A stretch of DNA of 23,513 nucleotides from assembly GCA_030141605.1 (NCBI GenBank), contig JAQGDQ010001845.1, positions 1 to 23,513 on the forward strand, in the 5' to 3' direction. Both the position numbers and the translations under genes were made by a program. Below, piece after piece: positions 12,039 to 23,513 of this stretch. A model generated the notes under the pieces. The model ran no database searches. It was given only the letters and a program-made list of their open reading frames with translations, and had not been told where the DNA came from. Source of the stretch: Tubiluchus corallicola. Lineage: Eukaryota; Animalia; Priapulida. Positions within the stretch are counted from its first letter, which is position 1, and every line of letters starts with the position of its first letter.

Positions 12039-12874
12039 ACGTAGAGATTATTGGAGAATGAGGATTTTTAACAAACCACAGTGTGACATGACACGCTATC
12101 ACGCTTTACGTGAGATGTCGTCACGTGAGAGTTTGGCAATACTGCGCAGACCTGTTGCTTCGTTTCGTCACAAAGCTGCGTAACCAAGCAACGGCATCGT
12201 ACTCTGGAGGGAAAGACAGATCATCCGTTCCACATTGTTGAGTGGCGGGATACGGGAACGTCAAGGGCAGACAAAACAGGAGAATTTTCCCACAAAAACC
12301 CTGGACAAGCACGTAATTTTTTAAAACTTTTTTCTTGTTAAATCTTGCACGAGCCAGATTTTGCGAAAGATTTTCGCATTGCTAAGCGTTTCACGCGTAT
12401 GCCTCGTGGGAACTGGCTTGTTGACCATCTGGATTCGAACCTCGATCTGGATTCTGTCGTTTGTCGCCATACTGATTGCGGCTTTTCTTTTTGTAGACGA
12501 ATATTGTATACACTAGAAAGTGGCAAGGCACCGCATTCTCACCTCTACCAGTTCCGTGCGTCGTATTAGAGGGGGGATATCTGTGATGATGAGCGAGGTA
12601 TCCAATCACAGACAAGTAAGCTATAAAGGTGTAGATTATTGCTTTGCTTCAGTGCAAATTTTAAAAATTTCAAAAATATTGTACGTTTGATTGATTGATG
12701 TTGATGTTTAACACCATACAAAAAGAAGACAAAAGACAGTGAAAAGAAGTTGGCAAAAAACTGTTTAAAAATGAAAAGGAATAGTTAAGAAAACAAGAAT
12801 TCTGTCCACAGTTGAGTGCACCGCGAATTTTTTTACTAGTCATTAGTCATCATGGATCGACTGTTTTCTGTTAA

Positions 12875-13331
12875 CCCTTTCAGCCCCAAATTATTTTTTT
12901 AATAAGAAATTTTTTTTGATTTGGTGCTATTGTTCAGTATATCAATCTTGTCTACACGTAATAACTATTTTTTCTACCTGTGCCCGTGTGCTAAATATAG
13001 CCTGTATCCCACGGGATACATTGGAATTCAATAGAAGCATAAAATGTGCTTCATTTTGCAACTGCTGATAATTTTTTAAAGTATTCAAGACATTTAGTAT
13101 GCATGCTATGCTGATCTGTACAAAGTGTCTCTAAAGTACTGTACCTTGCACAGTTTTTTATGCGATGTAGATTTTCTAGTTTGATATTTTATCACCATTT
13201 TTAGTCTATTGTTATTGGCTTAAATCAAAATAACTATTAACAGATCAAATAACTGTCAGTTTTAAAATTTTATTAATTTTAAAGGCAGAAAATATTCTCG
13301 TATCCCACGGGATACAACGGGTATGAAAGGG
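12875..13331. mobile_element. piggyBac-like MITE, copy 2
   Basis: TTAA|CCCTTTCA ... TGAAAGGG|TTAA with a perfect TTAA duplication. Confidence 0.93.
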
Positions 13332-13359
13332 TTAAAATTCTTCGTTGCATTCTTTACAG

Positions 13360-13740
13360 ATGAAAAAATGTGTAAAATTCTGTTTTGCTGTATTTGTCTT
13401 TCTCGTGGCGACACTGTTAACTACAGACGGGTGTTCTGGACCGAAAAAGCCGGAAAAAAGTCTACAAAATTTGACAGATATGGACATTGGGAGTTGCACA
13501 AAGAAAGATGATCTCGGGAGAAAGGCGGTAGATGTGTGTGAGAGGTGCGCCCGATTCCTGGCTAAAAATAGCGGGAAGAACGACAAAGTGACGTACAGAA
13601 CGTGTTGCAATAGACAACAGGCTCAAGAGTCATACGTGTGGTGTGTTGACCATTACAAACAACCTGGACCTGGTGCAGTGTCCAGTGCAGCTGGATTCAT
13701 TCCATCAGCAGCGTCACTGCTGTTGTTATTTGCTGTTTGA
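13360..13740 (+). CDS. Secreted, probably GPI-anchored cysteine-rich protein, paralog 1 (126 aa)
   Basis: ATG directly after acceptor-like ttctttacag. Signal peptide MKKCVKFCFAVFVFLVATLLTTDG; Cys at 25, 46, 60, 63, 82, 83, 95; small-residue stretch GAVSSAAG, then hydrophobic end SLLLLFAV. Protein-level conservation with 16814-17233 (TDxDIGxCTKxxDxGxKAxxVCERCxxFL, YRxCC, WC) despite DNA divergence supports coding. Confidence 0.9.
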   Translation: MKKCVKFCFAVFVFLVATLLTTDGCSGPKKPEKSLQNLTDMDIGSCTKKDDLGRKAVDVCERCARFLAKNSGKNDKVTYRTCCNRQQAQESYVWCVDHYKQPGPGAVSSAAGFIPSAASLLLLFAV

Positions 13741-13896
13741 TATTGCCGTTATGACTGTGAAATAATATACTGAGATCATGAAAGTACATGTTCTTTTCAG
13801 TTCTATTGTTAAAATTTCTATTTTATACAACATGTTTTGGCAATTCTTCTTTTGTGTTGTTCCGCCGTCCTACCATTGAAAACTACGTCTTCTGAG

Positions 13897-14303
13897 TAAG
13901 GGTGAGTATTCTCTACCAGAAAGCGAATTCGAATCGAACCGAATTTGTGACTTTCGAATTCGAATCGAACCGAACTTCAGTGTTTCGAATTCGAACCGAA
14001 TTCGAATTGAGATTGAACGATTTTCGAACAAGTTTTCGAACCACCAGTAAAAATTAGTCTTACAAAGATCATGCATGTCACTAGATTTTGTTCTGCAATA
14101 AAACGACTAGTAATTTCTTTAAAATTGTGTGCAGAAATCACAGCTAAATCACGCTAATTGCATGATGTTTCAATCGTTTTAGTGATAAAGAACATATGTG
14201 ATTGAAGTGCTGAATTATTCGAATCCATAGTATTGGATTCGAATCGAGTTCGAACTAAAAAAACTCGTTCGAATCGAATTCGAGCGTTCGATGCTCACCC
14301 CTA
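13897..14303. mobile_element. hAT MITE rich in TTCGAA motifs, copy 1
   Basis: TIR taagggtgagtat / atgctcaccccta and perfect 8-bp TSD cttctgag (13889-13896, 14304-14311). Confidence 0.93.
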
Positions 14304-14564
14304 CTTCTGAGGGGTGACGACCCTGTGGCTGGTGGCTTCACGGACCTCCATGGGTTCATTTGCGTTGGCGTTGCATTATTTGTAGTCAAAAACTGAACAA
14401 AAACAAACCAAACAAATTTTTCTAACTCAAAACTAGTTAAAACCAAGGACGTAAATTTACGTAGTCGCAATGACAATGAGTAAGATCTAGAAAAAACTCA
14501 CGAACACTGGCAGACTGGTGTGAAATGCACTACAAAAGCTGAACAAATCAGTGTAAGAATCATC

Positions 14565-14565
14565 A

Positions 14566-14597
<32 letters not shown>

Positions 14598-14621
14598 TAT
14601 ATTATCATTATTATTACGATT

Positions 14622-14700
<79 letters not shown>
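14565..14700. repeat. (TTA)n microsatellite
   Basis: Direct reading. Confidence 0.98.
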
Positions 14701-14702
<2 letters not shown>

Positions 14703-14785
14703 TTGTATATCGTATACACAAAGCATTGTGTAAAAATTAAAAAACACTCAGCTATACTATGAAATTATGATAGAAACTAATAAAA

Positions 14786-15234
<449 letters not shown>

Positions 15235-15299
15235 AAACAAACACAAAACACATATACACAGAGCACAAAACACAAGAAAACTCACCTTTAAACGATAAC

Positions 15300-15995
15300 T
15301 GCAAGTTAAGTCGTTTCACAATCTTGGTCCAATATTGCTCTGTTGTAGTATTGAATGAACGTTTGTATTGTTATAACTAGGACACAAAAATGTCACAAAG
15401 GAAAAACAGAATTGAGAAACAATCACCATTGCAATTGCTTAACAACAACAATCAGTTCTTTTTCGCTAGCTTCCGGTATGTTGTACAATTAGAATATCTT
15501 CGTTTTAAATTTTAATTGCTCATTACTGTTGATGACCTTTCAAATTTCGATTTTGTTTGAGCTTGCCTTGTATAATGTTGAGCCGTTGACAATAAAAGTT
15601 AATCAGCAGAAGGAAGCTGACGCTTTTCGCGAAGATGTCTCTATAGAAAATGGTTTGATATTACATTGGATGGACAGAATATCCAATGATGATGTGTATG
15701 ATGCGGTGAAAAACTCCTGGAATTACCGAATGCAAGTAAGAAGGTTACATTGGGATAGGCATGCGCTAAGAGCAATTCAAAAAGAACCTCTTTCTATAGC
15801 GTTACACAAAGCTCTTGAAAGGACAAAAAAGTTAAGTGGGGGGTCAACTATGTATGTTATACTGCAAGACGGTTTAGCACATACAAGTCTAGATTACAGG
15901 ATTGACGCATCGTGGATGGTGGGAGTCCATGGCATCAACAGGTGGAGCGTGCCGTGTTTTGGAACGTAATAACACCAAGAGACAACTGACGGTGA
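15300..15995 (+). mobile_element. Decayed RTE-like non-LTR retrotransposon 3' fragment
   Basis: ORF 15529-15969 contains LYNVEPLT...DAF...LHWMDRISNDDVY...RRLHWDRHALR, matching the post-RT region of RTE-clade elements (LLYxxETWT...W.D.ISN..V...RRL.W.GH..R). QVKSFHNLGPIL at ~15302 resembles V..FKYLGS. It runs directly into a (GAT)n tail. The left boundary is uncertain. Confidence 0.75.
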
Positions 15996-16049
15996 AGATG
16001 ATGATGATGATGGTTATAGTGATGATGGTGATGGTGATGATGGTTATGG

Positions 16050-16083
<34 letters not shown>

Positions 16084-16622
16084 GATGACGATGGTTATGG
16101 TGGTGATGGTTATGATGATGATGATGATCATGGTTATGGTGGTGATGGTGATGATGATGATGACGATGATGAAGATGACGACAACGACGACGATGATGAT
16201 GATGATGGTGATGATGAAGATGATTGTAATGATGATGATGAAGATGACGATAACGATGACGATGACGATGACAATGACGATGATGATGATGATGACGACG
16301 ATGATGATGATGACGATGATAATGATGAAGATGATGATGATGGCGACGATGATGACGACGATGATGATGAAGATGATAACGATGATGATGATGATGATGA
16401 TGACGATGATAATGATGATAATGATGATGATGATGATGATGACGATGATAATGATGATAATGATGATGATGAAGATGACGACGATGATGACCAAGATGAT
16501 GATGATGATGATAACGATGATATGATGATGATGATGACGATGATAATGATGATGATGAAAATGACGATGATGATGAAGATGATGATGATGATGATGACGA
16601 TAATAATGATGACGATGATGAT
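15996..16622. repeat. Degenerate (GAT)n microsatellite
   Basis: Direct reading; gat/ggt/gac/aat variants. Confidence 0.98.
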
Positions 16623-16813
16623 CATGCAGTCCAACTGAAGTACAATTATTCTTTTCTGATAACGATAGTGTTATGAAACAAAAATTTTTCACCCATGAAG
16701 CATCGAGACTTAATAGAATGCACTGATACTAAATTGCCCAATTTCTCCCATTTGCAGAACATGAAATTAATATACTATCTGTCTCTTGATGAAAGTCAGC
16801 ACATTCTTTACGG

Positions 16814-17233
16814 ATGAGAAACTTCGCAAAGTCTGATTTAGCCGGCTTGGTCCTCCTCCTGTCATTACTGCCAGCATCCGAGGGGTGTGTTAAAACCAAG
16901 ACAACGGAAAATAGAGTACAAACTACAACAGACGTTGACATAGGAATTTGTACAAAAGATACGGACGCCGGTGAGAAAGCTAGTGAAGTGTGTGAGCGAT
17001 GCTCCCACTTCCTTGAAGCAAACCATCATCAGAAAGACGGCACGGAAAACTACAGAGAATGTTGTGCCAAAGGAGGATCTGCGGAGGTGTTCGACTGGTG
17101 CCTCGAAAATTTCCAGCCATTGCCAGATGCAGTAGCTGGTGTAGCTCGATTGTTTTCGACAGCAGCGGCACTGTCGTTGTTGTTGTTGCTGCTGCTGCCG
17201 TTGCGAGGCATTGCAGTTATGACTATAGCATAG
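16814..17233 (+). CDS. Secreted, probably GPI-anchored cysteine-rich protein, paralog 2 (139 aa)
   Basis: Signal peptide MRNFAKSDLAGLVLLLSLLPASEG; Cys at 25, 46, 60, 63, 83, 84, 96; hydrophobic tail AAALSLLLLLLLPLRGIAVMTIA. Clear paralog of 13360-13740. Confidence 0.9.
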   Translation: MRNFAKSDLAGLVLLLSLLPASEGCVKTKTTENRVQTTTDVDIGICTKDTDAGEKASEVCERCSHFLEANHHQKDGTENYRECCAKGGSAEVFDWCLENFQPLPDAVAGVARLFSTAAALSLLLLLLLPLRGIAVMTIA

Positions 17234-17364
17234 TTGAAATTATTGTCACTAATCTGTTGCGATACTTTCACAATTCAATTTGGTTCTTATCTAATTTCCT
17301 CTGTTATACAGCCACCATTTAGTCCATCGCCAGCAATGTATTTTTAATAGATTTTAATACATAT

Positions 17365-18930
17365 AGCTTGAATTTTTGTATCACTGTATTGGTAGTTAAT
17401 CACACTAACAGATGGAGCCACCAGCTTGAAGTTTCTTCACATTAACGTAGGTTGAATGCAAACCTATGCTACTAGTTTTACTTACTTTATTATGAATAGT
17501 CGTTTTGGACTTCTATACTTTATAATGGCAATAAGCTTTAAAAAGTTTTAAAGTTTGAATTTTCATATCACTGTGTTGGTAGTTAAACACACTAACAGAT
17601 GGAGCCACCAGCTTGAAGTTTCTTCACATTAACGTAGGTTGAATGCAAACCTATGCTACTAGTTTTGCTTACTTTATTATGAATAGTCGTTTGGACTTCT
17701 ATGCACTATAATGGCAATAAGCTTCAAAAACTTTTAAAGTTTGAATTTTCATATCACTGTGTTGGTAGTTAAACACACTAACAGATGGAGCCACCAGCTT
17801 GAAGTTTCTTCACATTAACGTAGGTTGAATGCAAACCCACGCTAATAGTTTTGCTTACTTTATTATGAATAGTCGTTTTGGACTTCTATGCATTATAATG
17901 GCAGTAAGCTTCAAAAACTTTTAAAGCTTGAATTTTTATATCACTGTGTTGGTAGTTAAACACACTAACAGATGGAGCCACCAGCTTGAAGTTTCTTCAC
18001 ATTAACGTAGGTTGAATGCAAACCTATGCTACTAGTTTTGCTTACTTTATTATGAATAGTCGTTTGGACTTCTATGCACTATAATGGCAATAAGCTTCAA
18101 AAACTTTTAAAGTTTGAATTTTCATATCACTGTGTTGGTAGTTAAACACACTAACAGATGGAGCCACCAGCTTGAAGTTTCTTCACATTAACGTAGGTTG
18201 AACACAAACCTATGCTACTAGTTTTGCTTACTTTATTATGAATAGTCGTTTGGACTTCTATACTTTATAATGGCAATAAACTTTTGAAGTCTGAATTTTT
18301 ATATCACTGTGTTGATAGTTAAACACACTAACAGATGGAGCCACCAGCTTGAAGTTTCTTCACATTAACGTAGGTTGAACACAAACCTATGCTACTAGTT
18401 TTACTTACTTTATTATGAATAGTCGTTTGGAGTTCTATACTTTATAATGGCAATAAGCTTTAAAAACTTTTAAAGTTTGAATTTTTATATCACTGTGTTG
18501 GTAGTTAAACACACTAACAGATGGAGCCACCAGCTTGAAGTTTCTTCACATTAACGTAGGTTGAACACAAACCTATGCTACTAGTTTTGCTTACTTTATT
18601 ATGAATAGTCGTTTGGACTTCTATGCATTATAATGGCAGTAAGCTAAAAAACTTTTATAAAGTTTGAATTTTGATATCACTGTGTTGGTAGTTAAACACA
18701 CTAACAGATGGAGCCACCAGCTTGAAGTTTCTTCACATTAACGTAGGTTGAACACAAACCTATGCTACTAGTTTTGCTTAATTTATTATGAATAGTCGTT
18801 TGGACTTCTATACTTTATAATGGCAATAAACTTTTGAAGTCTGAATTTTTATATCACTGTGTTGGTAGTTAAACACACTAACAGATGGAGCCACTAGCTT
18901 GAAGTTTCTTCACATTAACGTAGGTCGAAT
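17365..18930. repeat. Tandem array of ~186-bp units (about 8.5 copies)
   Basis: cagatggagccac recurs 9 times, at spacings of about 187, 186, 187, 186, 177, 186, 187 and 177 bp. Confidence 0.98.
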
Positions 18931-19304
18931 CATAATAGTACCGAGACAACTCTGCCACAACCAGCTGTCTTGTAAAATTGAAAAAGTTATGGACCTATTT
19001 TTCTAACTAATAGATGGCGCCACCACTTTGAAGCCAGATCGCTTTAACTTAGGTAAAAGCGCACTGATACCAGTCAGAACCACTCTTTGGCTTCTGCTAT
19101 GACTGACAGCGACCAGAGGATGCCGCGTTATCATCGTTTAGCTTCGTACACTGGTTTTCGTGTGTGATAGAAATGAATTTCTTCTGTGATGAAACTGTCA
19201 ATAAAACCCACTGAAAAATGGTAATAACTGTAAGGACAAGGGAGACGCGTGACTGCCGGTGATGTTGGCCAAGTGACATCAGAGTATTTATTTTGTGTAG
19301 AGAT

Positions 19305-19495
19305 ATGGCCATCATTGCTATATTCAAGGCTTTTCTGGCCCGCCTCCTCTTCGCCATCCACGGTTTTTTGGCTGTCTGGAGGGTGGTGATAGTGCTGGGC
19401 GATATTCGCTACTGGTTTCTAGGGGGAGGCATTGGATTGTTGGCTATTGAATGCTTTATTTCCATGTGCTGCCGGTCCGGACGGGAACTGAAATG
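19305..19495 (+). CDS. TMEM26: Transmembrane protein 26 homolog, first coding exon (remaining exons outside the window)
   Basis: MAIIAIFKAFLARLLFAIHGFLAVWRVVIVLGDIRYWFLGGGIGLLAIECFISMCCRSGRELKW matches the TMEM26 N-terminus (A..RLLF..H....VWRV......YW.L.....L...E.......G...KW). It ends at a consensus donor TG|GTAAGT (19496-19501). Confidence 0.9.
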
Positions 19496-20251
19496 GTAAG
19501 TGGAAATAATGACGTCGTAGACTCATTGTTAAATGGCAAGTTGAAATAATGACGTCGTAGACCCATTGTTAAATGGCAAGCAGAAATAATGACTTCGTAG
19601 ACTCATTGTTAAATGGCAAGTAGAAATAATGACTTCGTAGACTCATTGTTAAATGAGAAGTGGAAATAATGACGTCGTAGACTCATTGTTAAATGACAAG
19701 TGGAAATAATGACGTCGTAGACTCATTGTTAAATGGCAAGTAGAAATAATGACGTCGTAGACTCATTGTTAAATGGCAAGTAGAAATAATGACGTCGTAG
19801 ACTCATTGTTAAATGGCAAGTGGAAATAATGACGTCGTAGACCCATTGTTAAATGGCAAGTAGAAATAATGACGTCGTACACCCATTGTTAAATGGCAAG
19901 TGGGAATAATGACGTCGTAGACCCATTGTTAAATGACAAGTGGAAATAATTACTTTGTAGGCCCATTGTTAAATGGCAAGTGGGAATAATGACGTCGTAG
20001 ACTCATTGTTAAATGACAAGTGGAAATAATGACTTCGTAGACTCATTGTTAAATGGCAAGTTGAAATAATGACGTCGTAGACCCATTGTTCAATGGCAAG
20101 TAGAAATAATGACGTCGTAGACTCATTGTTAAATGGCAAGTGGAAATAATGACGTCGTAGATTCATTGTTAAATGGCAAGTAGAAATAATGACTTCGTAG
20201 ACTCATTGTTAAATGGCAAGTGGAAATAATGACGTCGTAGACTCATTGTTA
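19491..20251. repeat. 40-bp minisatellite, 19 copies, beginning at the TMEM26 exon/intron junction
   Basis: Unit aaatggcaagtggaaataatgacgtcgtagactcattgtt; the first copy reads aaatggtaagtgg. Confidence 0.99.
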
Positions 20252-20360
20252 CCAACCGATTGTTTCGGACGTTTGTTGGGTACTGGTGGCTTTTTAGATT
20301 TTTTTGTAGGTCTCGCATTATAACGTTTGAACGAATAGTAATTTAGTGGTGGCTTCAAAA

Positions 20361-20800
20361 TAAGGGTGAGCATCGAGCGTTCGAGTTCGAACATTCGAAT
20401 CGAATTCGAACGCTCGAATTCGATTCGAACGAGTTTTTTAAGTTCGAACTCGATTCGAATCCCAAACTATAGATTCGAATAATTCAGCACTTCAATCACA
20501 TATGTTCCTGATCATTAAAACGATCAAAACATCATGCAATTAGCATAATTTAGCTGTGATTTCTGTGCAGAATTTTAAACAAATTACTAGTCGTTTTATT
20601 GCAGAACAAAATCTAGTGATACACATGATCATTGTAAGACTAATTTTTACAGGTGGTTCGAAAACGTGTTCGAAAATAATTCAATCTCAATTCAAATTCG
20701 GTTCGAATTCGAAACACTGAAGCTCGGTTCGATTCGAATTCGAAAGTCACAAATTCGGTTCGATTCGAATTCGCTTTCTGGTAGAGAATGCTCACCCCTA
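20361..20800. mobile_element. hAT MITE rich in TTCGAA motifs, copy 2 (inverted relative to copy 1)
   Basis: TIR taagggtgagcat / atgctcaccccta and TSD cttcaaaa / gttcaaaa. Reverse complement of 13897-14303. Confidence 0.92.
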
Positions 20801-21243
20801 GTTCAAAACAAAGCTAATAATCTAAGTAAGAAATTTTATATGTTGCTGTTAGTGACTGAACCCATAACAAAGAATGAATGGTTGGATTAAAACCGTTTAA
20901 AGTTTTCGTTACCACCCTTTAAATGGCACAAAAAAGAGATATAATCATGGTTATTCATAAGAAATAGTATTTTACATCTAAAACTGATATACTACAAAAA
21001 ACAGATGCAACATTGTTTCCGTTTTCTGCATATTTTTTACAGTGTATCTTGGGTAGTAGCTACTTTAAAAGCAGAAGTCTGATGTGTGATGACTAAATGC
21101 GATAACTTTGTTCTTATTTCATGGTAGCTGTTGGTTTAACAATCATGGTTGTTCGATAGATAAGGGCAAAACGTTTATTTAGAGTCCAAGACATTTTTCC
21201 TATTTTCCATTCATTTTTACAGGACAAGAGCACAAGCAAAGAG

Positions 21244-22363
<1,120 letters not shown>

Positions 22364-22412
22364 TAATGAATAAGCAGACTTGAAGAAAAGAAACTGATAC
22401 AGTAACAAATAG

Positions 22413-22631
22413 CTAAGTCTTTGAAAATAAAGTTAAAAGAATTGAACTGATTTGTACGTTAAGAGAAGGCTTATTAGGGTACGAAGATAAACTTTCTTTT
22501 ATTAATAAGTCCCAGGCACAAATATGGTCATTAATGCTGGATTGAGGATAATTGTTTAATTTTTTGCCACTGCTAGACGAATTACACAAATCTCCACAAA
22601 TTCTTACTTTAAAGTGTCGGGATATTTTGCC
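22413..22631 (-). mobile_element. Penelope-like element remnant (GIY-YIG endonuclease C-terminal part)
   Basis: GKISRHFKVRICGDL...GKK.....SSINDHI...LLIKESL....KPSLNVQISSILLTLF matches the GxTxRHLxxRIxEH ... L.IKESL.I...KPxLN end of Penelope ORFs, with an internal deletion. YKCC..FAHY further upstream (~22780) may be the interrupted N-terminal half. Confidence 0.75.
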
Positions 22632-22843
22632 ATCTTGTCTGCCTGTCACCACATGTTGTTCTTTGTTGGTAGAGAAGACGTCAGTTGGTTTTTCGACGCT
22701 GCTGTGACACGTCATTTAATTGGTATAAAGTTTTTCTGCTACATGCCAGTAATGAGCGAATAATTTGCAACATTTGTACTTGAGTTTAAAAGTCGTGTGA
22801 AACTGTTGCAGTTTCTAGGAATATTTACTGAGTTTTGAGGTCT

Positions 22844-23513
<670 letters not shown>

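Noticed and set aside
13870-14076. Near-identical ORFs 13870..14076- and 20666..20890+
   Set aside because: They arise from the two inverted copies of the TTCGAA-rich hAT MITE.
16729-16941. Antisense ORF with a signal-peptide-like start (MSTSVVVCTLFSVVLVLT...)
   Set aside because: It overlaps the conserved + strand gene and is most likely its shadow; there is no equivalent conserved product opposite paralog 1.

Overview
AT-rich, repeat-dense eukaryotic (invertebrate animal) genomic DNA. Host genes, all on the + strand: (i) a tandem run of Kunitz/BPTI exons at 5.1-6.0 kb (one frameshifted, one reduced to its 3' tail, one intact with P1 Arg); (ii) two paralogous uninterrupted ORFs (13360-13740, 16814-17233) encoding small secreted cysteine-rich proteins with a signal peptide, an extra Cys predicted at the mature N-terminus, a C-x13-C-x2-C-x18/19-CC-x11-C core and a GPI-signal-like hydrophobic tail; (iii) the first coding exon of a TMEM26 homolog (19305-19495), whose intron runs off the window. 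The rest is a 2.7 kb 40-bp satellite, a ~186-bp tandem array, a 40-bp minisatellite built on the TMEM26 splice junction, long microsatellites, non-autonomous DNA transposons with readable TIRs/TSDs (Tc2/pogo-like, hAT, piggyBac-like, Kolobok-like) and decayed L2/CR1-group, RTE-like and Penelope-like fragments. The best candidate for an undescribed system is the paralog pair. Their cysteine frame recalls CHH/ITP-derived helical peptides (centipede SLPTX3/HAND type), but they appear membrane-tethered. That fold assignment is an inference from cysteine spacing only.
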